Part shown: one piece after another, positions 1 through 7,378 of the stretch
Layout: every line of letters starts with the position of its first letter
Numbering within the stretch: position 1 is the stretch's first letter
Origin: Candidatus Deferrimicrobiaceae bacterium
GTDB lineage: Bacteria > Desulfobacterota > Deferrimicrobia > Deferrimicrobiales > Deferrimicrobiaceae
Length of the DNA: 62,503 nucleotides
Direction of reading: 5' to 3'
Assembly: GCA_035256765.1 (NCBI GenBank)
Contig: DATEXR010000017.1
Span: 1-62,503 of the forward strand
Translations under genes and position numbers: made by a program
The notes under the pieces: generated by a model
The model's input: only the letters and a program-made list of their open reading frames with translations
Database searches by the model: none
What the model was told of the DNA's origin: nothing

Positions 1-461
1 CCCTCCCGCAGGGGGAATCGCTTCGCCACGGAGACGGCCCTCTCCCGGGCATTGTCCTCCATTCCCCGGATGAAATTCTCCTGGTACCCTTTTCGCTTTC
101 CGGGGGCTTTTCCGCCCGCCCGGATCTTGCCGGAAAGGGTCGTCCACTCCGGCCAGCAGCCCAGGTGGTGCAGCAGGATGGACGCCTTCGACAGGGGGCC
201 GCCCGCGAGGAACCGGGAGGCAATTTCCCCGTTCCGGTAGGTCTTTCCCTTCTTCCCGAGAAGCCCCACTCCCACGAGGGCGTTCAGCAGGATGGAGAGG
301 CGACGGGGATCGGCTACGATGCGCCGGGCCAGGCGGAGAGCGTCGGAGGGTCCTTCGGACAGGGAGGAAAAGACGCCGAGATCGAGCGCCGCGAACAGGA
401 CCATGGAACGCTGGTATCCGTGGGCCATCTCCATGAGGTCTTCGACCGTCGTAACCTTCAC
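1..461 (-). CDS. SAM-dependent O-methyltransferase-like protein, N-terminal part (3' end runs off the window)
   Basis: Absent from the ORF track because no stop lies in the window. My minus-strand translation from GTG 459-461 (GGAGGAG 7 nt upstream) gives VKVTTVEDLMEMAHGYQRSMVLFAALDLGVFSSLSEGP...ADPRRLSILLNALVGVGLLGKKGKTYRNGEIASRFL. This resembles the winged-helix dimerisation domain of family-2 O-methyltransferases. Confidence 0.45.
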   Translation of the reverse strand, partial: MKVTTVEDLMEMAHGYQRSMVLFAALDLGVFSSLSEGPSDALRLARRIVADPRRLSILLNALVGVGLLGKKGKTYRNGEIASRFLAGGPLSKASILLHHLGCWPEWTTLSGKIRAGGKAPGKRKGYQENFIRGMEDNARERAVSVAKRFPLRE

Positions 462-510
462 GATAGGCTCCTCCCCTGTCGGGGGACACTCGTTCGATAG
501 GGAACGCGAG

Positions 511-1944
511 CTAATGAATGCCTCCCCTGACGATCGTTGACGGGCCGTCCTTGACGTCGATGACGTCGTAGCCGGCCGCGCGGATCCTTTCCCTCAACAC
601 GTCCGCCTCCGCGAACCTGCGCTCGCGACGGCACCGGTCCCGGCGCATCGCGAGGTCGGCCACCTCTCCCGGTGCGGCCTCCTCCGGCCGCACCTCCTCC
701 GGAACCGCCTCCCCGGAGCCCTCCGCGAGAAGCCCCAGCCCGAGCACCGCGTCCCACTCCCCGGCAAGCGCCCGCCGCTCCTCGCCGGATAGCCCCGAGC
801 GGGCCGCCTCGTGCACGACGGCAAGCGCCCGGGGGGCGTTCAGGTCGTCCCCGATCGCCTCGCGGAAGCGGCGCCGGTACTCCTGCGCCTCTCCGCCCCA
901 GGGAGCTCCGCCGGCCGCCTCCCCCTCCGAGGCGAACGCCTCCTTAAGCCTCGCAAGCGCCCTGGCGGATGCCGCCTGCGCCTCCCAGGTGAAGTTCATC
1001 GGCGTCCGGTACTGGAGGGTGAGGCAGTGGTACCGGAAATCGATCGGGCGCACGCCCCGGGCCTCGAGATCGTCGAGCGTGTATTCGTTCCGGAGCGATT
1101 TGGACATCTTGCGCCCCTCGACGAGCAGATGCGACGCGTGCACCCAGAGGGAGGCGAATCGCCCGCCGGTGGCCGTCATCGCCATCGCCCGGGAGTTTTC
1201 GTGATGGGGAAAGCGCAGATCCACCCCCCCCACGTGGATGTCGAACTCCGGGCCCAGGTACTTCCCCGCCATCGCCGCGCACTCGATGTGCCATCCGGGC
1301 CAGCCAAGCCCCCACGGGCTCTCCCAGCGAAACTCCCGTCCCGGCTCCGCCGCAAGCCACAGAGAGAAGTCCTCCGGGCGCTTTTTTTTCCGATGGATCG
1401 CGCTGTCCGTCCGGCCTGCCGCCTCTCCCTCCCCCAGGGCCGCGCCGGAGAGCTGCCCGTACCCTTGCGCCTTCCTCACGTCGAAATAGAGGTACCCGCC
1501 CTCTCCGTACGTCACCCCCTTCTCCTCCAGCGTCTTCGCCAACGCGATCATCTCGGGGACGTGGGCCGACGCGCGCGGAGAGACGTCGGAGGGGAGAAAG
1601 TTCATCCTCCGGCAATCCCGGAAAAACGCCGCGGTGAAGAACTCCGCGATCTCCCGCGCCGTCTTCCCCGCGGCCCGCGCGGCGGCGATCACCTTGTCCT
1701 CCGCCTGCTCGAGACGATCCTGGTGCATGTGTCCCATGTCGGTGATGTTCTGCACGGAGAAAGGCGTCAGGCCCGCGAACCGGACGGCCCGCAGGAGCAG
1801 GTCCGTCAGCAGATAGGTCCGCAGGTTCCCGATGTGGACAAAGCGGTATACGGTCGGGCCGCACGTATAGATCCCGACGCGGCCCGGCCGCAAGGGGGCG
1901 AGGGGGACCTTCTTTCGGGATACGGTGTCGTAGAGGGAAAGCAT
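511..1944 (-). CDS. cysS: cysteine--tRNA ligase
   Basis: ORF 511..1989. HIGN (HIGH-type) and KMSKS motifs are present. I chose the start at MLSLYDTVSRKK (ATG 1942-1944) with GGGAGGG upstream. The longer N-terminus is Arg/Pro-rich shadow sequence. Confidence 0.95.
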   Translation of the reverse strand: MLSLYDTVSRKKVPLAPLRPGRVGIYTCGPTVYRFVHIGNLRTYLLTDLLLRAVRFAGLTPFSVQNITDMGHMHQDRLEQAEDKVIAAARAAGKTAREIAEFFTAAFFRDCRRMNFLPSDVSPRASAHVPEMIALAKTLEEKGVTYGEGGYLYFDVRKAQGYGQLSGAALGEGEAAGRTDSAIHRKKKRPEDFSLWLAAEPGREFRWESPWGLGWPGWHIECAAMAGKYLGPEFDIHVGGVDLRFPHHENSRAMAMTATGGRFASLWVHASHLLVEGRKMSKSLRNEYTLDDLEARGVRPIDFRYHCLTLQYRTPMNFTWEAQAASARALARLKEAFASEGEAAGGAPWGGEAQEYRRRFREAIGDDLNAPRALAVVHEAARSGLSGEERRALAGEWDAVLGLGLLAEGSGEAVPEEVRPEEAAPGEVADLAMRRDRCRRERRFAEADVLRERIRAAGYDVIDVKDGPSTIVRGGIH

Positions 1945-2041
1945 CGTGATCCCTCCCGGTAGGCGCCGGGGGCGCATGCCTTCCGGCACCGTTCTCCCCG
2001 GGGCCGCGCGTCCCGGGCAGAACCCGTCCCCCCGCAGGGGG

Positions 2042-2242
2042 CTACATCTCCTGGTTGACCTCCCGGTCGATCTCGTCCTGAAGGAGCTTCACGTGCTTTT
2101 TCTCCTCCTCCACGAGGAAGAGGAACATCTCCCGGATCGACGGCTCCTTGGCCGTCTTGGCGAATTCCGAGTAGTCCCGGACCGCCGCCTTCTCGCGCTC
2201 CAGCGCCATCCGCATCACGTCAACGGGATTCGATGTCTTCAT
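2042..2242 (-). CDS. small ferritin-like/rubrerythrin-like protein (single helix pair, ExxH motif)
   Basis: 66 aa, with EMFLFLVEEEKKHVKLLQDEI. Strong GGAGGAAGG RBS before ATG 2240-2242. Overlaps the upstream gene by 23 nt. Confidence 0.6.
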   Translation of the reverse strand: MKTSNPVDVMRMALEREKAAVRDYSEFAKTAKEPSIREMFLFLVEEEKKHVKLLQDEIDREVNQEM

Positions 2243-2741
2243 GCCTTCCTCCGGATCGGGGGATTGCCCCGCGGGGCTCTTGCAGTTCTTTCAGGTGCGC
2301 CTCGATCTTCGCGAGGTGGATCCTTTCCTCGGATTCCAGGTCGGACAGGAGACCCCGCGTATTGACGTCCTCGACCGTTTTCGCTGCCTGGTGATAGAAG
2401 GCGATGGCGTGCACTTCCGCCTTCTTCGCGACGGAGAGCCCCTTCCGCTGCGCGTCGGGCCCTTCGGCTCCTCCCGCCTCGACCCCTTCCTCCCAGGCGA
2501 GCCGGTCCAGATCGATGAGGTACGGCAGGTACTTCTCCTCCCAGCCCGCTTCGAACGCGGGGATCCCGTGCTTCGCGGAGAGTTTTCGGATGTGCCCCTC
2601 CTCCTCCTCCGCGAGGAAGGCGAACAGGTCCCCCACCGGGGTGTCCCCCTGTCGGCGGGCCAGCCGCTCGTAAAAGATTCTCGCCCGCGTTTCGTGGGCC
2701 AGGGCGACCCCCAGGATCTCGATTTCGTTCAGGTCCAGCAT
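2220..2741 (-). CDS. ferritin-like diiron-domain protein (rubrerythrin family-like)
   Basis: 173 aa with two ExxH-type helices (FLAEEEEGHIRKL and LESEERIHLAKIE). Lies directly downstream of iscU in the same strand. Confidence 0.65.
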   Translation of the reverse strand: MLDLNEIEILGVALAHETRARIFYERLARRQGDTPVGDLFAFLAEEEEGHIRKLSAKHGIPAFEAGWEEKYLPYLIDLDRLAWEEGVEAGGAEGPDAQRKGLSVAKKAEVHAIAFYHQAAKTVEDVNTRGLLSDLESEERIHLAKIEAHLKELQEPRGAIPRSGGRHEDIESR

Positions 2742-2761
2742 CGCGAGCGACTAAGCCTCCG

Positions 2762-3145
2762 TCAGGCGGGGTTCTTCTTCCGGTAATCTTCCAGGGCGGC
2801 CTTCACCGCCTCCTCGGCCATGACCGAGCAATGGATCTTGACGGCCGGGAGACCGTCGAGGGCATCGGCGACGTGCTGGTTCGTGATCTCCTCCGCCTCC
2901 TCGATCGTCTTCCCCTTGATCATCTCCGTCAGTATGGAACTGGAGGCGATGGCGGCCCCGCATCCGAACGTGCGGAACTTCGCGTCCACGACCTTCCCTC
3001 CCTCGACTTTGAGATAGAGGCGCATCATGTCCCCGCAGGCCGGGTTGCCCACCTCGCCGACGCCGCTGGCCTCCTCGATCTCGCCGACGTTCCTCGGATT
3101 CATGAAGTGGTCCATTACCTTCGCGCTGTACGGTCCGCTCGCCAT
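2762..3145 (-). CDS. iscU: Fe-S cluster assembly scaffold, IscU/NifU N-terminal type
   Basis: 127 aa with GNPACGDMMRLYLKV, FRTFGCGAAIASSS and HCSVMAEEA, the three conserved Cys motifs. Confidence 0.9.
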   Translation of the reverse strand: MASGPYSAKVMDHFMNPRNVGEIEEASGVGEVGNPACGDMMRLYLKVEGGKVVDAKFRTFGCGAAIASSSILTEMIKGKTIEEAEEITNQHVADALDGLPAVKIHCSVMAEEAVKAALEDYRKKNPA

Positions 3146-3151
3146 GGCCGT

Positions 3152-4363
3152 TTACCCTCCCTGCAGGATCTTCTTCTGGTAGTCCAGATAGGTGGGCGAC
3201 ATCTCCCACAGCCGCCTGACGATCCCCGGCAGGACGGACAGGACGTGGTCCACCTCCTGCTCGGTGTTCCCCTTCCCCATGCTGAAGGTGATCGATCCCG
3301 TGCAGATGTCGCTCGGGACGCCGATCGCCCGGAGCACATGGGAGGCGATCAGGTCCTCCTCGTCCCGCCCTTTCAGGTTCGAGCTGCACGCCGACCCCGA
3401 GGCCGCCATCACGCCATGGACGTTCAGGAACAGCAGAAGCGACTCCCCCTCCGCGTACTCGACCCAGAAGCTCACGTGACCCGGGAGCCGGTCGGTGGGG
3501 TGGCCGGTGAAGTGGAGATGCTCGATGGAGGAGGCGATGCCTTCGCGCAGCCTCTTCTCCAGTCGCGTAAGGTGCGACACCCACTCCCCCATCTCCGCGG
3601 CGGCGATCCCGGCCGCCCGACCCATCCCCATGATTCCGGGCACATTTTCCGTTCCGGCGCGGTAGCCCATCTCCTGGAAGCCGCCGTCGATCTGGGATTC
3701 GAGCCGGACTCCCTCCCGCACCACGAGGGCCCCGGTCCCCTTGGGCCCGTAGAAATTGTGCGCCGAAAGCGTCACCAGGTCCGCTCCCACCGCCCGGAGA
3801 TCGAGCGGAATGTGGCCTGCCGACGCCGTCGCGTCCGTGTGGAACAGCACTTCCTGCTCTCTCGTGATCCGACCGATTTCCCCGATCGGCTCGATGGTGC
3901 CGATCTCCGCGTTGGCGTGCATCACCGAGACGAGAACGGTGTCGGGCCGGATGGCCCGCCGCACATCGTCCGGGTCCACCCTCCCGTCGGTGTCGGTCGC
4001 AAGGGTCGTAACCTCGTATCCCCGGTTGCGAAGGAAGGTCAGGGCGTTCAGGACGGAGAAGTGCTCCACCTCGGAGACCACCACGTGCTTCCCCGTTTTC
4101 CCGCTCGCTTCCGCCGCGCCCTTGATCGCCAGGTTGTTCGCCTCGGTCGCGCCGGAGGTGAAGACGATCTCCTGCGGCTTCGCATGGACGAGTCCGGCGA
4201 CCTCCGCCCGGGCGGCGTCCACCGCTTTGAGCGCCTGTTGCCCCTGGTCATGGATGTGCGATGACGGGTTGCCGTACCGCTCGGTGAGGTACGGCATCAT
4301 CGCCTCGAGCACGCGGGGGTCGAGGGGCGTGGTGGAGATATGGTCGAAGAAGATGTGCGCCAA
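3152..4363 (-). CDS. cysteine desulfurase (NifS/IscS group I)
   Basis: 403 aa. Aminotransferase class V pattern, active-site loop ASGSACSS, directly upstream of iscU. Confidence 0.93.
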   Translation of the reverse strand: MAHIFFDHISTTPLDPRVLEAMMPYLTERYGNPSSHIHDQGQQALKAVDAARAEVAGLVHAKPQEIVFTSGATEANNLAIKGAAEASGKTGKHVVVSEVEHFSVLNALTFLRNRGYEVTTLATDTDGRVDPDDVRRAIRPDTVLVSVMHANAEIGTIEPIGEIGRITREQEVLFHTDATASAGHIPLDLRAVGADLVTLSAHNFYGPKGTGALVVREGVRLESQIDGGFQEMGYRAGTENVPGIMGMGRAAGIAAAEMGEWVSHLTRLEKRLREGIASSIEHLHFTGHPTDRLPGHVSFWVEYAEGESLLLFLNVHGVMAASGSACSSNLKGRDEEDLIASHVLRAIGVPSDICTGSITFSMGKGNTEQEVDHVLSVLPGIVRRLWEMSPTYLDYQKKILQGG

Positions 4364-4376
4364 CGGCAGCCCCCGC

Positions 4377-4574
4377 CTACTCCTTCACCCGGAACTCGGT
4401 CATCTTGTCCCGGATCAGCTTGATGTGGTTCTTCTCCTCGTCCGCCAGGAAGCGGAACATCGCCCGGATCGCCGGATTCTGCGCTTCTTCCGAGGCCTTC
4501 TTGTACTCCCCGAAATTCTCCATCTCGTGCCGGAGCGCCAGCCGCAGCACCTCTTCCCTCGTCCACTCTGCCAT
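4377..4574 (-). CDS. small ferritin-like/rubrerythrin-like protein (single helix pair, ExxH motif)
   Basis: Start chosen at MAEWTREEVLRLAL (ATG 4572-4574, GGGAGGA RBS). AMFRFLADEEKNHIKLI is paralogous to 2042..2242. First gene of the nifS operon. Confidence 0.6.
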   Translation of the reverse strand: MAEWTREEVLRLALRHEMENFGEYKKASEEAQNPAIRAMFRFLADEEKNHIKLIRDKMTEFRVKE

Positions 4575-4897
4575 CTTCCGTTCCTCCCGGTCAGGATCTT
4601 CGTGAAGTTGCCCAGGTCGCGCGTGCCGCACCCTGTCGGTCTTGCTCCCGAACCCAATATTTACGATTGGGAGAGCGGGCTTTTCGTTTCATCTTTATAC
4701 CCCTACAATACCTGTTGCACAACACGGGAGTCCGGGATCTCCCCGGCACAGGCCGGCCGTCGCCGTTTGCGGGGATGTCCGGTTGGCGCGAAACGGGAAA
4801 CCGATCCGCCGTTCCGGCATTTATTATAATGGATCCTGGCGACCCCGAGACGGGAGAAGGCTACCCGGGGGACCGTATCCCGCACGGAGGTTCCGAC

Positions 4898-5443
4898 ATG
4901 AGGAAAAACCCCCTTCTGCTGGCCGGGGTTCTGGTCCTGGTGTCCGCGACTGCCCTTCCGCTCTCCCGGTGCACGCAGAGCGAAAACCCTGCCGGGAGAG
5001 GGGGAACGTCGAACGGCTTTGCCCTCAGGGCGGGGGCGAACGCTCCGCCCTTTTCGCTCAGGGACATCAGCGGCAACATCGTCCAATCGTCGAACCTTCT
5101 GGGAAAACCCTTGGCGATCAACTTTTTCACCACGTGGTGCCCCCCCTGCCGGGAGGAGATCCCGGGATTCGTGGACGTCTACAACAAATACAAGGAACAA
5201 GGGTTCGAACTCGTGGGGATATCCCTCGACACCGACACCCGGGAGAACCTTCCGTCCTTCGTCATGACGTACCGGATCGGGTACCGGATCCTTCTGGGGG
5301 ATCTCGACACGGCGAGAGCCTACGGCGGAGTCTACTCCCTGCCGACCACTTTCTTCATCGGGAAGGACGGCAGGATCAGGAACGTTCACGTGGGGTACCT
5401 GGATCGGGACGCGTTCGACCGGGAGGTTCGGAATCTGCTTTAG
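4898..5443 (+). CDS. TlpA/ResA-family thiol:disulfide oxidoreductase lipoprotein
   Basis: Start at MRKNPLLLAGVLVLVSATALPLSRC (lipobox-like), GGAGG 8 nt upstream. WCPPC active site and thioredoxin fold. Confidence 0.85.
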   Translation: MRKNPLLLAGVLVLVSATALPLSRCTQSENPAGRGGTSNGFALRAGANAPPFSLRDISGNIVQSSNLLGKPLAINFFTTWCPPCREEIPGFVDVYNKYKEQGFELVGISLDTDTRENLPSFVMTYRIGYRILLGDLDTARAYGGVYSLPTTFFIGKDGRIRNVHVGYLDRDAFDREVRNLL

Positions 5444-5480
5444 GAGAAGGGCGCCGGACCCGGAAAAGCGGAGAAAAGCC

Positions 5481-5528
5481 GACGGGGAAGCGGAAGAGGG
5501 TCTCTTCGGCTTCCCCGTCCTGTTTTAT
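5481..5528 (+). terminator. rho-independent terminator between convergent tlpA-like and ferredoxin genes
   Basis: GACGGGGAAGC (5481-5491) pairs perfectly with GCTTCCCCGTC (5509-5519), with an inner GAAGAG/CTCTTC stem, followed by TGTTTTATT. Confidence 0.7.
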
Positions 5529-5743
5529 TCAGAGTCGGACTGAGCCCCGCGCAACTCAGCCCGCGGGGACGGATCGGTCGGAACGCACGCCGAAGTCGGG
5601 CACACCGCCTCGCAGTTCCCGCAGTCCGTGCATTTGGTCGCATCGATGTGGTAGAACGGGTCTCCTTCGTCAATGCACTCTTCCGGGCATTCCGGAAGGC
5701 AAGCCGCGCAGGCGATGCAATCCGAGGTGATCCTGTACGCCAT
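5525..5743 (-). CDS. 4Fe-4S ferredoxin (2x CxxCxxCxxxCP)
   Basis: MAYRITSDCIACAACLPECP...CTDCGNCEAVCP. ATG 5741-5743 with GGAGG upstream. The rest of ORF 5525..5995 is shadow. Confidence 0.85.
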   Translation of the reverse strand: MAYRITSDCIACAACLPECPEECIDEGDPFYHIDATKCTDCGNCEAVCPTSACVPTDPSPRAELRGAQSDSE

Positions 5744-5766
5744 TCCGTTTCCTCCTGCCTGTCCGA

Positions 5767-5985
5767 TTATACGGATTCCACCCGGTCGACCGAGGGAATC
5801 TCCTCTTTCAGCAACGCCTCGATTCCGTTCTTCAACGTTATGTTGGCCATGGGACATCCCCCGCACGCACCGGTCAGACGCACCTTCACGACTCCGCCTT
5901 CGACGTCGACGAGCTCCACGTCCCCCCCGTCCGCCTGCAGGGCCGGGCGAATTTTGCCCAGTACCTTCTCCACATCCGTTCTCAT
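5767..5985 (-). CDS. NifU C-terminal-domain (Nfu-type) Fe-S carrier protein
   Basis: [47 protein letters not shown], with the CxxC Nfu motif. Confidence 0.85.
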   Translation of the reverse strand: MRTDVEKVLGKIRPALQADGGDVELVDVEGGVVKVRLTGACGGCPMANITLKNGIEALLKEEIPSVDRVESV

Positions 5986-6062
5986 TCCGCACCACCTCCT
6001 CTGCCAGGGTACCTGTCTAGGGATAAGATGCCGTTTCTCCGTCCGCGGTTCCTTGACTCCGG

Positions 6063-6701
6063 TCAATCCGCCGAGAGAATCTCGTAGCCGCTCTTTTTGA
6101 GGGCGGCCTTGAGCATCTTGTAGTTCTTCGTTTCGATCCGGAGAATGAGGATCTTCATCCCCGGGTCTTCGTGGGAGGCGCTCGCCACCGATACGATGTT
6201 CGCGTCGAAGTCCTTGATGAGCTTGAGCACCTCGAAGAGGATTCCGGTCTTGTTCGGCAGGGCCAGCTCGACCCGGTATCCCGGCCCGTGGACCCCCAGC
6301 GAATCGAGAAACGCATCGAGGATATCGGTCTCGGTCAGGATGCCGACCAGCTTTCCGCCATCCACGACGGGGAGGCATCCGATCTTCTTCTCCCGCATGA
6401 TCAGGGCCGCCTCCTCGATGGAGGCGTTGGAGGACACCGTATACACTCTCCGCGTCATGATCTGTTTCACCTTGACCTTGTCGAGGAGGTAGTAGATCTC
6501 GCGGATCTCCAGGGACGTGGCGAGAGAGGGCGAGGCCTGCTTGATGTCCCTCTCGGTGACGATCCCCACGAGCTTTTCCCTTCCCTTCATCACCGGGAGA
6601 TGCCGGATTTCCCTCTCTTTCATGATGTCCATCGCCTTCTTCATCGAATCATTCTCGTCCACGAATAACGGGTTCCGCATCATTCTCTTGGCGACAATCA
6701 T
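6063..6701 (-). CDS. CBS-pair plus ACT-domain protein (AcuB-like)
   Basis: 212 aa. Two CBS repeats (IRHLPVM..., IGCLPVVD...) and a C-terminal ACT-like beta-alpha-beta-beta-alpha-beta segment. Paralogue of 18167..18826. Confidence 0.8.
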   Translation of the reverse strand: MIVAKRMMRNPLFVDENDSMKKAMDIMKEREIRHLPVMKGREKLVGIVTERDIKQASPSLATSLEIREIYYLLDKVKVKQIMTRRVYTVSSNASIEEAALIMREKKIGCLPVVDGGKLVGILTETDILDAFLDSLGVHGPGYRVELALPNKTGILFEVLKLIKDFDANIVSVASASHEDPGMKILILRIETKNYKMLKAALKKSGYEILSAD

Positions 6702-6739
6702 CGTGTTTCCTCCTGTCGAATCTCGCGTAGGATTCTTGG

Positions 6740-7360
6740 TCAGGTGAAATACCGCCTGACAAGGTCGAAAGCACGCTCCAGTTCCGCTTCCGTCACAAGC
6801 AGATACGAAACCCCTTCCCGCTCCCAGAAGACGAAGGATTTGCCGTCCTTCTCCCCGGAGAGGAAGCCCGATTGGGGAAACAGGGATTCGGGGGACGCCG
6901 CATTCCCGATCATCTCCTTCCGGACGACAAGAAGGAGGTACGGCTCCCCCGAGAAGGAGAAGCGGATCGCGGCCGCCTCCTGCCTCCCCGTTTTCTCCCG
7001 GTCGATCCCCGTGTACGCGAACCGCTGCTCATCCCGCGGGAGGATGATCGCGGCCCCCGTCCATTCCTTGACCCGCGCCTCCACCTCCGCCGGGTCCCGG
7101 GCCGCCCCCTCCCGGTGGGGAACCGCGAATGCCCGTTGGGCTTGTCGCACCAGGTCGTCCACCCGCCGAATTCCCGAATCCCGCGAAATCCGGACGCCCA
7201 CGACGGCTAGGGTAAGCGTCAGGAAGATCAGAACAATGGCCAGGCGCGGCTGGAAACTTACCAGGCCAAAGAGGGATGTTTTTTCGGCGGTGCGTCTCTC
7301 CGGGCTCTCCTGACTGGATCTGACCATCCCTGTGGCTCCCGGCACCCGAAGAACGTCCAC
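6740..7360 (-). CDS. hypothetical single-pass membrane protein
   Basis: 206 aa. GTG start 18 nt after the LysM gene stop. One hydrophobic helix (LAIVLIFLTLTLAVVGV). No family recognised. Confidence 0.45.
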   Translation of the reverse strand: MDVLRVPGATGMVRSSQESPERRTAEKTSLFGLVSFQPRLAIVLIFLTLTLAVVGVRISRDSGIRRVDDLVRQAQRAFAVPHREGAARDPAEVEARVKEWTGAAIILPRDEQRFAYTGIDREKTGRQEAAAIRFSFSGEPYLLLVVRKEMIGNAASPESLFPQSGFLSGEKDGKSFVFWEREGVSYLLVTEAELERAFDLVRRYFT

Positions 7361-7378
7361 CCACCTTCTATCCTACGG

